Shown here one piece after another: positions 11,444 to 23,920 of a DNA stretch of 64,000 bases. Where the stretch lies: contig CM119264.1 of assembly GCA_051294375.1 (NCBI GenBank), forward strand, positions 25,298,051-25,362,050, in the 5' to 3' direction. Made by a program: the position numbers and the translations under genes. The notes under the pieces were generated by a model. That model did not search any database. It had not been told where the DNA came from and was given only the letters and a program-made list of their open reading frames with translations. Every line of letters begins with the position of its first letter. Positions within the stretch are counted from its first letter, which is position 1. The DNA is from Paraspadella gotoi (lineage: Eukaryota; Animalia; Chaetognatha).

Positions 11444-13574
11444 AAATTGAAACGACTTTAGAGGCGAAACAGGATAGTCATAGTGATAAAAGCACGAAAT
11501 ATCTGAAAATGATAGGAACAAATCAAATGAGATAAATAGAATTGCTCCTCCGGCTTTTGGGAGTGACTAAGACTAAGTAAGAGAGAAAATATATTGAAGA
11601 CGTTCTGTTTAGTTGTGTTTTTAGTTTGTGTTTTCAGCAGTTGTTTTCGTAGTGTTTTCAAAAGTGTTTTTCAGTTTTCCTTTAAAAATATTCATTGTAT
11701 TTAAACGCATTATTTGTCATTTACCTTATTATAAATACATTTATTTTTTTTTAAAAAAGGAATTAAGTTATTTTAACTTTAATGCACTAATGACTAAGAA
11801 GCTTTTTAAGAAGAAGAAAGAGTTTAAATCAATAGAGAGAGATTGCCGTTTATGATCTGGCAATAAACAAAAATAAAAGCATCTACTTTTTCGTCGTCGC
11901 CGAGTTTTCTCCTTACAACGGATTAGCGGCACCGGTGATTTATACTTTTTTTCTATTTTCTACAATTTTTATAATATTGAATCCGACTAAATGAATTTTT
12001 AATGGTTTTTTAAATTGTTGGAAAGACAAGAAAATCAGAAGGATATAGAACCAGAAATATTAGTGTATAAAAAGTTACAATTTGAAAAAAATATATAATA
12101 TAATACGGAAGAGACAATTAAATAAATTTTGCTGAGTTAAATTAAAGAGATTGAAAAAATACTCCATGCATTTACAAATGAACAAACTACACTGTGGCTC
12201 AAAAAAAAGTAGCCTCTTGTTAGCTTTAAATACCCAACTATTTTTTTTTTATTAATTTTGAGAAAAAAATGTATAGCTTTTTTAAAAAGCTATCGATTTC
12301 AGCAATACTTTACTGAAAACAGAATTAGTAAAAAATTATTTTTGGAAGTTAAGTTGATAATACTTCTTTTTCGGACTGATGATAAAAAGTTCATATTATA
12401 AACATTTTATAATAGGGAAAAGTTATTGACTTTTGATAACTAAAAGAAAGAAACTAAATTTTTTCCCCGATTTTTTGTACCAATCGACTTTGTCGTCCTA
12501 TTACTTTCGAACACTTTGCTCGATTTTATTGGGACTTGAATCTATCGCCTCATCTTTCAAAAAGTTTTGTTTTTGTTTCCATATCTTTTTAGAATTTAGC
12601 TATCCAATACGGTTTTTTCGATGTGAAAAAGGGACTACTTTTTTTTGCGCCGCAGTGTAATAGAAAGAAGAAGAAAATTAAAATTATGCGGAGAAAAAAC
12701 TGGGCTAAACGAAGAAGGAAAAAAAGTAAAATATGACGGGAAGAAACGGGAAACGAAGATCTTAAAATTCCTACGTGGAAAAAGAGGAGAGAGAGNNNNN
12801 NNNNNAGAGAGAGAGTCGGACGGCGCGAAATGAAGGCGCTGCATCTGCTCCTCCTTTCTGCATCTCCCCACTCCGCTTTGGGTCGGCACCTTCCCCTACT
12901 TCCGCCGCCTTCCTGCATCTGGCTGATGAATTCATTTTTCACGATTTAACCGAATGTCTTTTGATTTATGCGACGGAGCGGCGGCGGAGCGGCGGCGGCG
13001 GAAGCGGCAGCGAGGCGGAGGCGAGATGCGGAATAGGGGTGTTGGGTTTTTGTCGTTGTTGTTGTTGATAAGGATATAGTATAGTTAAAATTGGAACAAT
13101 GTTGGTGACGATAAGTTATTCTCCCGCTCTATAAGATTATATTTAAATAAATAGTTTTGATTGTAATGTTTAACGGAAATTTGACCATCAGTTCTTCCCT
13201 CCTCTTTCCTTCCTTCTTTCCTTTCTTCTTTTCTTACTTCTTTCCAACCATCCTTTATTTCTTTCTTCCTTCCTTCTTTCTTCCCTTACTTCCTTTCCTC
13301 CTTAACTTCATTCTCGCCTTTTATAAATAATGAGTTCTCAAATTCCTCAATCGGTCGCCCCAGCCTTTTGCTCCTCTCATTCTCAACCCACTCTTTCTCA
13401 TCCACACCCGGTTTTTAACCGGCGAAATAGAATTCGGATTTCTTTGTTGCTATGCGACGCGTCTGCTGGTCGCCTGGCAACCAACTTGTTTACATTCCTC
13501 CAATTCAGCGCCAAATCCTTACGCAGATTCCTTCCGCAAATATTCCTTTCATTCTCTCTCTCTCTCTCTCTCTC

Positions 13575-13645
<71 letters not shown>

Positions 13646-14052
13646 CTCCTCTCTTCTCTTCTTATCTTTCCTTCAAGTTGCCAAAACAGTGAAAAGAAAT
13701 TAAACCAATAATTTTACGGTCAAGCATTCGTTATAAAAATGGTTTCCGTATAATATTCGGCTCAAAACTCAAGCTACGATGGTGTACTAAGTGAAATAAA
13801 AAGGCAATTTTAAAAATTAAATGCTTAACATTTTAAAAAGAGTTATTATTATTAAAATGGTTATATTATATTAATTGACCAAAAACCAATGCATTTACAC
13901 ATCAGTTGTTGCCAAAATTATTTTGACCAGTTTTAACAGTAAACCGTCTGGCGCAGATTTTTGTGCCAAAAACTCGGGTTTGTTTTTAATATTTTTGGGC
14001 CCAAAAACCGCAGAGACTTGTTCTTCTTCATCGACAAAGAAGTCGACGATGC

Positions 14053-14166
<114 letters not shown>

Positions 14167-15044
14167 TAAACAAAGAAAAGACGAATGGCCGACGAGAGAA
14201 GGAATTCTCTCTGTCATCGTCGCCAAAATACGACAAACAACAAAATATAATATGTGTATTTGGAAATGAAGAAGAAGCGTTTCGGAAAGAGGGAGAGCGA
14301 GAGAGAGAGTCAGGGAACGAGAGCGAGTTTGAGTTGGGAGGAATGAATGTAAGGAAACTAAAAGAGAACTTTTTTGTGAAGTTTAGCCAAAAATGAATAC
14401 ATATAATATGTCAAGAATTGAATGACGTGACTGAACTTTTGCAGATATAAAAAGGGAAAAAAGTAGGTCAACAAATTTCAATTCTAACTAAATCTGTTTC
14501 TGAGAAGAAAAAAAAAGAAAAAAAAATATAAAAATGACAAATCGTAAAAGTTGGAAAAAAAAATGTCGATGGCTTTAGCGTAAAAATCCTATATAAGAAA
14601 GGATGAAGAAGACGAAAAAATGACATGAAATTCAAAAAGAAAAAAAAGTCAAAGAATTGTCAGACCAAGAAATGACACAAAATCCATTCGAAAGCAGAAA
14701 GAAAAGAAAAAAGGGAAAAGGGGATAAAATGGTGGAGATGAAAAACCACTTCAAATCCACGGGTTAAAGTTTATTGTGGTTTAAAAAAAGGTGTTTGAAG
14801 GAAAAGTGATTGTGGGTATGTGGTTGTGGGGAAAGGCTGCTTGAAATTAGGATAAGGTTGTGAAGAAAGTGTGGTTTAAAAAAAAACGAAGAAGAAGCAA
14901 AAAAAGGAAGAAAGTGTCGCCTTTCACGATTCTCAAACAACGACGACGACAACGACGACGACAACGACGATGACGACGACCATTTAAAAATTCATCGATG
15001 CAAACAAAAAGGAAACCATTTGTGCCATTGCTTCTCTCCTCTTC

Positions 15045-15123
<79 letters not shown>

Positions 15124-15639
15124 CCAAGTCTCTATTTCAAATTATTCAACTGACATTTCCCTTTCTTTTTTTTTCACCCAACTTACAAATTTTTTTTTTT
15201 CATGTCAATTTCTCTCTATATTGTTTTCATTGAAAATAGCAACGATGATGAATCGTTTCTGATATTTTTATTTTATAACAATTTTTTGACATAGTTTACT
15301 GTTTGGTTTTAGGAATACATAAACATATTTTCTTAAAAATGTCTTCATTTTTTTTCCCTTTTTTTTTCTTTTTCCTTAATTCCATTCTCTGTCGCTCTTC
15401 TTTTCCTCTTTAGTCCTTAATTCCTTCCTTTAAACCATTTTCATCTTTTCTGTCATTTTCCACATTTTTTTTTCTCTCTTAGATCTTTTATCCCTTTGAC
15501 TTTTAAGCTTGTCCTTTTTTTGGTTATTTTTAATTTCTTTTTTTCTCTTTCCCTCTCTTTTCTTTTCTTTTCTTTTCTTTTCTTTTCCACTTCTCCCACC
15601 CATCTCCCCCAGCTTTCCCTCTCCTTTCCCCAGCTGCGA

Positions 15640-15721
15640 TGCCACGAGCACCATGAGCACCATGAGTGGATCTCGTATGGTGATTATGTTTTCGGGTCTG
15701 ACGGTGATTGACGGCGTTGGA

Positions 15722-15793
<72 letters not shown>

Positions 15794-16137
15794 CGAGTCG
15801 ACGATTTCGCTTTTGAGGATGAAAATGTAGATTGAACGAACGCGTATTTTACATCTGCTTCTTACTAATGACAATGGTGATTGAACGAAGGCGTAATTAA
15901 CATCTGGTTCTTGTTGATAGAGATGATGATAGCTCATTAGCTGTCGAGAGAATATAATCTGTCTTCTCATTATTTGTAATATTTCCGCAACAACATAGAG
16001 TTGACAGTTCGATTTGTATTCCTTAATCCTTACTAGATTTTTTTCCTTCACTTTGGCATAATTCAAAGATGACGAAAGCATTTCCTAAGTTCTCGACCCA
16101 TTTTTCTCGCGACGCTCTCCAGCAGGATCTTCGTGAT
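15640..16137 (-). CDS. Candidate receptor cytoplasmic-tail exon with three ITIM-consensus motifs (LNYAKV, VNYAFV, VKYAFV) and a poly-Ser tract; disrupted by a stop and an indel (error or pseudogene)
   Basis: Acceptor aatcag| at 16138/16137. Internal duplication gaaccagatgttaattacgccttcgttcaatc vs gaagcagatgtaaaatacgcgttcgttcaatc, with 3 of 4 differences at third codon positions. Needs a 1-nt frame correction near 15863, and there is an in-frame TAG near 16086. Confidence 0.4.
15722..15793. repeat. (GAT)n trinucleotide microsatellite
   Basis: About 24 perfect GAT units; a similar run lies at ~25744-25791. Confidence 0.97.
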
Positions 16138-16222
16138 CTGATTCACACATTATCAATCAATCAATCAATCAATCAATCAAATTGAATCGATTGAATATTT
16201 AATTTTGAAAGGGTGACTTCAC

Positions 16223-16331
16223 CGGGTGGCGTTTGATTAGAGATTGGGCTCGATATTTTTTAGTTCGGGACTCGGGAGAGATTAATTGTGGTTCAACAGC
16301 CAGCAGGTTTCCACACCCAGAAAACAGTGAC
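16223..16331 (-). CDS. Candidate small upstream exon of the ITIM-tail gene (…VTVFWVWK…KISSPISNQTPP)
   Basis: Donor CCG|GTGAAG at 16223/16222 and an 85-bp intron join in phase 1 to DHEDPAGE. The frame contains two stops, so the call is weak. Confidence 0.25.
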
Positions 16332-16496
16332 TTAGAATTGTTAAATTAAATCAAATACGTTTTGGTTGTGTAAATTTTAACGTGATTTAATTTCTTGCTC
16401 CTGTCACTCCCATCTTGATTGATCACTTGAAATCCCCACTCACCGCTCACCTTCTGTCTTCTGCTGTCACCCCCTACAATTTAATTTCCTTCACTT

Positions 16497-16770
16497 CTTT
16501 AGTCACCCCTCTCCTTAGATCACTTCCCTTTCCTTGATCACCCCTCTCCTTTAGTCACTTCCCTTCCCTTGATCACCTCCCTTTCCTTGATCAATCCTCT
16601 TCTTTAATCACCGCCGTTCCATTGACCAACCTTGACCTTTAATCACCTCCCATCCATTGATCACCTCCTGTCCTTTAATCACCTCTCTTCCCTTGATCAC
16701 CCCCTTTCCTTTAATCACCTCCCATCCATTGATCACCCCCTGTCCTTTAATCACCTCCCCTTCCCTTGAC
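16497..16770. repeat. 17-18-bp pyrimidine-rich minisatellite with alternating TTGATCACC / TTAATCACC subunits (36-bp dimer)
   Basis: About 15 subunits such as ttgatcacctcctgtcct / ttaatcacctctcttccc. Confidence 0.88.
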
Positions 16771-16870
16771 TTTCCCCGCTCCATTTTTTAATCGCGATCC
16801 GCCTTCCCAACAGCGATACTCTCGACCAGAGATAATTGCCTGTTGTTCCATTCTTGCCTANNNNNNNNNN

Positions 16871-16901
<31 letters not shown>

Positions 16902-17971
16902 CCCTTTTTTATAGTTTTTAATTAAGCGCTATTAAAATGCTTCATGATTGAGACACAGTTTCTAATTGTTTTCCAGTCTATTGTGCGGGATGCCTCCCCC
17001 CGATCTCCCTAAGCCTTTGTGAGGGAGTTTTGTTCGATGCATCGTTGCATAGGAGACTTTGTCGGAATCGGGCGATTATTTTTTAGTCCCTCTCTTGTTA
17101 TTAATTCTGTCAGTCTATTTGTGAGACATTTGTTTGTTTGAACCTTTGTCAGTTTTTTTTAATTAAATCATATGGCGACAAAAGTTTAATCATATATTGC
17201 GTAAATGTATAAATTTAAAATATATATCACTCTTCCGAAATAAAAAAGCAGACTCCAAATTTAATGAAAACTCTCACTGTACTCGCGCTGCATCGAAATT
17301 GTTTTATCGCTTTAATTAATTTAATTTATATGCAGACGCGTGGATCACAGGAAAAAAGTAATAAAATATTTAATAATCGAAAACGAGAGGTTTTGTTCCT
17401 TTGTTCTATTGTTCCTTTTTTTTAGTCACGAAGAGTTGATGACTAATTATGTCGATTTTTATCTAGGAATTTCTGTTTTTTTCTCGTTTGTCGAGATATA
17501 ACAAAATAAGAATGTATGTATGAAAAATTTCGTTCATTCTCTTCATAATGATAATAATGTTTTGTGCTGGTACTTTAAAATGCGTTCAGTGGTAAGAGGA
17601 TCAGAGAAAATATTGTTCTTTCAAAAAAACAAGAACGGTGATTCCAATATGTTGCGCCGCAGTGACTTAATTTTCACTTGTATTTCCCTTTCATCACATG
17701 ATATGACATGCCATGACATGACATGAGTTAAAAACTTTCTTAGCCCATCACATGCTCTGCATCGAGTCTTTTATTCCTTATAGTTTTAGGATTTCCTGAA
17801 GGCGGCGCTAGCAGTCCCTTAGATTTGAAGTTTTTTCCTGTCATAACAAATGATCAATCAACTATAGGCGAATTATATTAATTTTTACGTATTTGGTCAC
17901 TTCTTCCCTGTCTTTCCCCGTTAAAATTAACTCAAAGTCACGCCCGACCTGAAACCTGGGAAAACAATCAG

Positions 17972-18140
17972 CACCCCTTTCGGTCGTTATCGGCGTCGTG
18001 GTCGTCATCATCGTTGTCATTAGCATCTCGTCATTATCATCATCATCGTCGTCCTCGTTGTGGCGTTCTTCATTCTCATTCTCCCAGCCAAACAGCCTCG
18101 ATCCTCGAATTCAGTCAATTGTCATTCTTGATCCATTGAG
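17972..18140 (+). CDS. Possible transmembrane-encoding exon (PLSVVIGVVVVIIVVI…VVLVVAFFILIL)
   Basis: Weak aatcag| acceptor and GAG|GTAAAC donor. Needs an indel, has a stop before the donor, and the hydrophobicity may simply come from (GTC/ATC)n repeats. Confidence 0.18.
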
Positions 18141-18313
18141 GTAAACAAAAAAAGGACGAAACACGCCCCCACGCCCCTCCTCCTCTCTCCCTCTTTTTTG
18201 GCATCCCCCTCCTCCTCCGCGCGGATTCAATGCGATGCGGGGAAAAAAGACAATGGCAACCGAATACGCAAAGGCCAGCGTTTTCCCGTCCATTAGGAGA
18301 GAGAGAGAGACAG

Positions 18314-18368
<55 letters not shown>

Positions 18369-18375
18369 GAGGAAG

Positions 18376-18416
<41 letters not shown>

Positions 18417-19043
18417 ATTGCTTAGCCCTCGCCGCTTATTGCACCTTTTCCCGGGACCTGAAGAAGATTTCTCATTTGTTGTAATTTTTTTTTTCAAATT
18501 ATAAAGTTGCCCTACAGATTTTATTTGAATTTCCTGAACCACGGTTTCCTCTACACCCCATAAAAGAAAATAGAAATAACCCATTTTTAAAACTAAATTA
18601 TGATCCAAGCAAGTTTTCATTTAATTGAATTTTAAAGTTTTGTTTTATTTTTTATACAAATTAATGAGAAATTATCAACGACTTTGTCATTCTTGAGCTT
18701 TAATTTGTATTTACTCTCATAAGTCGTTTATTCATAATATATTTATCCCTTACCTTCCTGAATTGCCTCAGCTTCGGTATCAATCGGTTCCAGTAAGATT
18801 ACTACTAATTCATTGTGACCAATCTCCCTCGTTGCAGTCGGCTCACATGCCCATTGCCTAAGCCCAGCCGAGCAATGGGTCCTTCGCCCCTCAGCCATTC
18901 CATTTCAGTCTGGTCATTTTCACCGCGCCCAGCCACTCATCAACGTGTTCCCCCCAAACGACAACAACAACGACATCTACCCTCTCTCTCTCTCTGCTCT
19001 CTCTCTCTCATCTCGTCTCTCTCTCTCTTCTCCTCTCTCTCTC

Positions 19044-19088
<45 letters not shown>

Positions 19089-19644
19089 GCTGACCAGAAT
19101 CTAATTTGAATCCGATATCTTTATGGGCGAAAAGGGAGAAAGGAATTCCTGGGCCTCATCCCCGTTGGCGAGGGGCGACCGCCGCCATTATTGGATTCCA
19201 TAGAAAAAAAAAAGAAAGAAGAAAGAAAAAAGAAAAGCGAGTCCCGTGAATTCTTTGATGCTTATCGCTCTCAATGCCGCGATACACCGATGCCGCAATG
19301 CTGAGAGCAAAAAAAAAAACAACCTGCGTAACGGGAAAATTTTTATTTATACATAAATTTTTAAAACTGTAAACTTTTAAAACTTTTAAAACGTGGTTCT
19401 TAATGTCACAAGATTCAAATTGTAAATTATGATCTTTTTTCTCGTTTAATTTTTAATGATTTATTTATAAAACACACTAGCTTTTTTTTAAATAAAAAAG
19501 TTAACTTTATTATGTATAGAAGAGAAACATTAAATAATCAATTTGAAACATAAATCTTTTCCGCAACAAGGATTTCGATCGACGATTTTTCTTTTTTTAA
19601 TTTATACTATGCAAAACTTTTTCTCTCTCTCTCCGCTCTCTCTC

Positions 19645-19759
<115 letters not shown>

Positions 19760-21231
19760 TCTCTCCAATCAAATGGTTGAACGATTTTTTTTCCACTTCC
19801 ATCGCGAAGGCTCCGTGGTGCTTGAAACACAAGGGTGAATTAAAAAACCCTGCTCTCTCTCCCTCTCTCTCTTCTCCCTCTCTCTCTCTCCTCTCTCTCT
19901 CTTTCTTTCTCTCTCTCTCTCTCCTCTCTCTCTCATCTCGTCTCTCTCTCATCTTCTCCTCTCTCTCTCTTCTCTCTCTCTCTCTTTCTCTCACTCTCTC
20001 TCCTTCTCTTTTCTTTCTTTCTCCCCAATAGAATCGGCCCAGGGTGCCCGTTTGGAAATACATTCCTTCAACAGGAAAAGACTCGTGTCCTTATTCAATA
20101 TTAAGTTGAAGGATTGTCGATTTTACGCAAATGCTTTTGTGTACATATATAAATATAAATAATTGTATATCATTTCTCAGTTGCAAATATGTTTTTTTTC
20201 TTTTTATTTCGCTTTCGACTTCACTTTTCTCTTCAATCGCGTAAGTTGTGTACTTTTCATTGATTCAATTGGGTAAGTAATATTACTGACGTTGCATCGT
20301 TCGAATTCGTCAGTCCCTTAACAAGACATCCCCCCAACATTGACCTCACCCCAGTGACCTGCCTTTCCCTATCGCAATCTCCCAAACGTCAACTTCCCCA
20401 CACGATTCCACTTTCCTTATTTTCACCACCCACACCTTATTCTCACCATAGAACCATCCCCTTAACTCCCTCCCCCAGTTTTTCAACCCAGATTGCAATC
20501 GATGCGTGTTGCTTTCCTCCTTATTTTTTCTTCTTCTTTTTTTCTTTCTCTTTCTTTTTTCCTTTTGAATCGCAGTCAACTAAGAAGCAACGCGGTTCTG
20601 CTTCCTTTCCATTTCACTGATGAAAAAAAACCTTTTTCCTTTTCTCCCTCTCTCGACTCACCCTCTTCCACCCCGCCCCCCCTTTCGGTCCTCTCTATTT
20701 TAGACCCTTTTTTGTCGCAGGTGATTTTTTTTAATCTTCAGGACAAATTTTCCCCTTTTAATCCTTTTCTCTTTATGAATAATTTTTTTAGATAAAAACA
20801 AAAATTACATAGATATATTGGGTGCGAATTCGTTTTTAATTTTGACAAAATAAAAAAATGAAATTGGTTTTTGTTTTTAGTTTATTTCATTTTGTATCTA
20901 ATTAATCATCGTTCTTCTTTTACTTTTTCACGATATTCTGCTTTAATTAAGATCCTTTTAAGGCCTCTGTGAGGCTCACCTTTTATTTTTTTCCCCTTGT
21001 CAAAAACCATTTTAAAATAAAAACAGATCATAATTTTTCTCTGCACATGCAAAATGCCCTTCAGCGAGAGACGCGTCAACCTAACGTTTCCGATTTATTT
21101 TGACGCCCCTTGTTTTTTCTTTGTTTTTTCTTTCCTTTTTTAAATGTTTTTTTTTCTATTTTTGTCTCTCTACTCTCAAGATTCCAATCTGGACGCCACT
21201 CGACTTTTTCTTTTTTCTTTCCTTCTTTAAT

Positions 21232-21266
<35 letters not shown>

Positions 21267-21277
21267 TCTCCCCGTCT

Positions 21278-21309
<32 letters not shown>

Positions 21310-21367
21310 CTCTCTCTGTGTCCTCTCTCTCTCTCCTCTCTCTCTCTCTCCTCTCTCTCTCTCCTCT

Positions 21368-21408
<41 letters not shown>

Positions 21409-22159
21409 GGCTCGCTTTTCATCTACTTCTCTTCCTTTTTTCTTTTTTCTTTTTCTTTTTTTGTTCCTTTTTCTTCTTGTGGTTCAAGCGCCTCTTCGCT
21501 TACACTTCACTTACTCCCTTTTCTATTTTCGTTCCTCTAAGCTTCCTCCTCCTCCTCCTCCTCCATCGTCTCCCTCACTTTTATCTCTTTCGCTAGTTAA
21601 TTATTGTGTTCATCACCTTCGATTCAGTCGTCGTCGTCGTCGTCGTTTGTTTGCCAAGTTTTCGTCGTCTTCGTTCTCGTCGTCGAATCCGAATCAGAAT
21701 CTTCAGTCCTTCGTTTTCTTAATCAACGATTCTTTTCTTGTTCTACAAAACAAAACTACATTGAGTGAGGAAAAGGATTTCTCACAATCACTAGTAAGAT
21801 CACTAGATCAAATAGACCCACTTTTTTACCCCTTCACGATGGCCCTTTTGATCTCAGAAATCTGATGTAAAAGACTTCGTTCTGTTCCCCAATGCGTTTT
21901 AAATGTATTGTAAATTTTGTTAAATTATTCATCCTAATTTTTCGCCGTTTAATACTAAATAACCAAATCTCATCTTTGCATTGGTAATAGTTAAGCCTTT
22001 TATTTTCTCTCTCATCTTTATTTCAGATGTTGTCACTGATATATTTTTTTCAATATCAATATCAATATCTATTGTATGCAAAGTTTTAAACGAAAGATGC
22101 TAACAAATGAATAGGGTACAAACGAAGTACAGACTGTGAGCAAAGAGATCGAAATTCAC

Positions 22160-22382
22160 CTCAGCGCCTTAAATTCCTCTTCCTCTTCGTCCCAGTTTCC
22201 TATGGGTGTGTAACTTTTGTGGGGGCGTGGTTGTTTGAGAGTGGTACTAAAATTGGAGTGTTGTGTATAATTCGAAGACGTTGCGATGCGGAGGAAGAGG
22301 AGGAAGGAGAAGATGAGGAAGAGGAAGAAGAAAAGGAAGTAAAGGAGAAAGTCGAAAACAACCAGAGGCCAAAACAAAGCAC
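22160..22382 (-). CDS. Candidate internal exon: hydrophobic segment followed by a tail with YTPI and an acidic cluster (ALFWPLVVFDFLLYFLFFFLFLIFSFLLFLR…KSYTPIGNWDEEEEEFKALR)
   Basis: Pyrimidine-rich acceptor ctattccag| (22383/22382) and donor GAG|GTGAAT (22160/22159). One frame is open across all 223 bp. Confidence 0.45.
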
Positions 22383-22423
22383 CTGGAATAGATGATAGGA
22401 AAGAGGTTGTGGTGGGGAGAGGG

Positions 22424-22541
<118 letters not shown>

Positions 22542-23713
22542 GACGAAAACACGGTAGCGAAGGCAGTTTGAAACGAGGCGGATCCGTTTCTAAAGGAGGA
22601 CGAATTGCCAGCGGCGAAATGAGTGGGGTTGACTCGTTGAGTAATGAGTATTGAGCGGGTTACCGGGTAGATGCATTGATTTAAATGCTAATTAACCATC
22701 CTTACCTAAAATATATCAAATTTCTCCTCCTTTAGCTTTCCTTAGCTTTTCTGAGGGTATTTTCTACTATCAATAAATATAATATAAAATAATATTAAAT
22801 TAATTTTTATCTTGTAATATTATTTTATATTTCATAAACCTTCATTAAAAATTATTACACCGTTTAACAACTCCAACGACGACATTAAAGTCTATACAAC
22901 ATTACTATAATCAAAACTTTAAATAAGAAAAAAGTTTTATGTAAAACAACCAGACTGTAAAAGAAAAAGCAAAGAGAAAAGCAATCTGGTAATTCGTCTC
23001 GACGCGAATTCTCGAGCAAGACATTTTTTTTCCGGCAGCAAAAACAAAATTCTTCTCCCGGAACGACATCATCGACAACGACGACGACGACAACGACGAC
23101 GAAAACGAAAACGATGACGACGTCGACGAAAACAACGACGACGACGACGAACGACTTCAACCCAGACCAAGGAAGAGAAAGGCTTTGACTAATCATTCTC
23201 AAGCATTTTAAAACAATGTCTTCGAAATGAGCAAAGCTCGAGGCTAAAAAAAGACTGGTAGCGGGATTGCCTCGAGAGGAGAAAGTTTTGAAGGAGGTGG
23301 GGGGGGGACAGAGTGGAGGGATAGGGGGGAGGGATAAGGGGAAGCAGACGACTGAGTTTCCATTTGCCAGAATCGTTTGAGAACAAGAATCGCATTTGCA
23401 TTTTTCTGCCGTAAATTGCAATCAGTGCAAATTCGTTTTGACATTTCGTTTTCTCACCGGTTAAGCGAATGATTTATGTGGTTAAGCAAAATTTTACAAA
23501 AATATATGGTTCGTGAAAAAGAAACGAATTAGAAAAAAAATTCTGATTGTACAGTGGACACCAATTATAACCAAAAAAATAGATCACTTTGACTGCGCGA
23601 AAATAATTCCGATCACTGTTCCCGATGTTCACCAATGAGATGGAACCAGTCAGTTGGAAGCATCAACCTTGAGAATTTCTTTTTTTTATTTTCCTTTGTG
23701 ATTTTTTTTTCAG

Positions 23714-23920
23714 TTTCCATACATCATGTTTATCGTCGACGCTCGGAGGCCAAAGAGGACGGAGCCTTTGACTTTCAGTGAGCGACGAGATGTAACTACA
23801 ACAACAACGACCACAACAACAACGAAGACCAAAACGACTACAGCACTAGTAACGTTGGAAGGCGCAACACCAAAGCTAGTTACTAATAAAAAAAATTTTA
23901 AATTTCATGACCCAGTTTAA
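23714..23920 (+). CDS. Candidate terminal exon (Thr-rich or Asn/Asp-rich depending on frame)
   Basis: Strong acceptor ttttttttcag| at 23713 and an open frame FPYIMFIVDARRPKRTEP…TTTT…DPV*. Confidence 0.25.
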   Translation, partial: FPYIMFIVDARRPKRTEPLTFSERRDVTTTTTTTTTTKTKTTTALVTLEGATPKLVTNKKNFKFHDPV

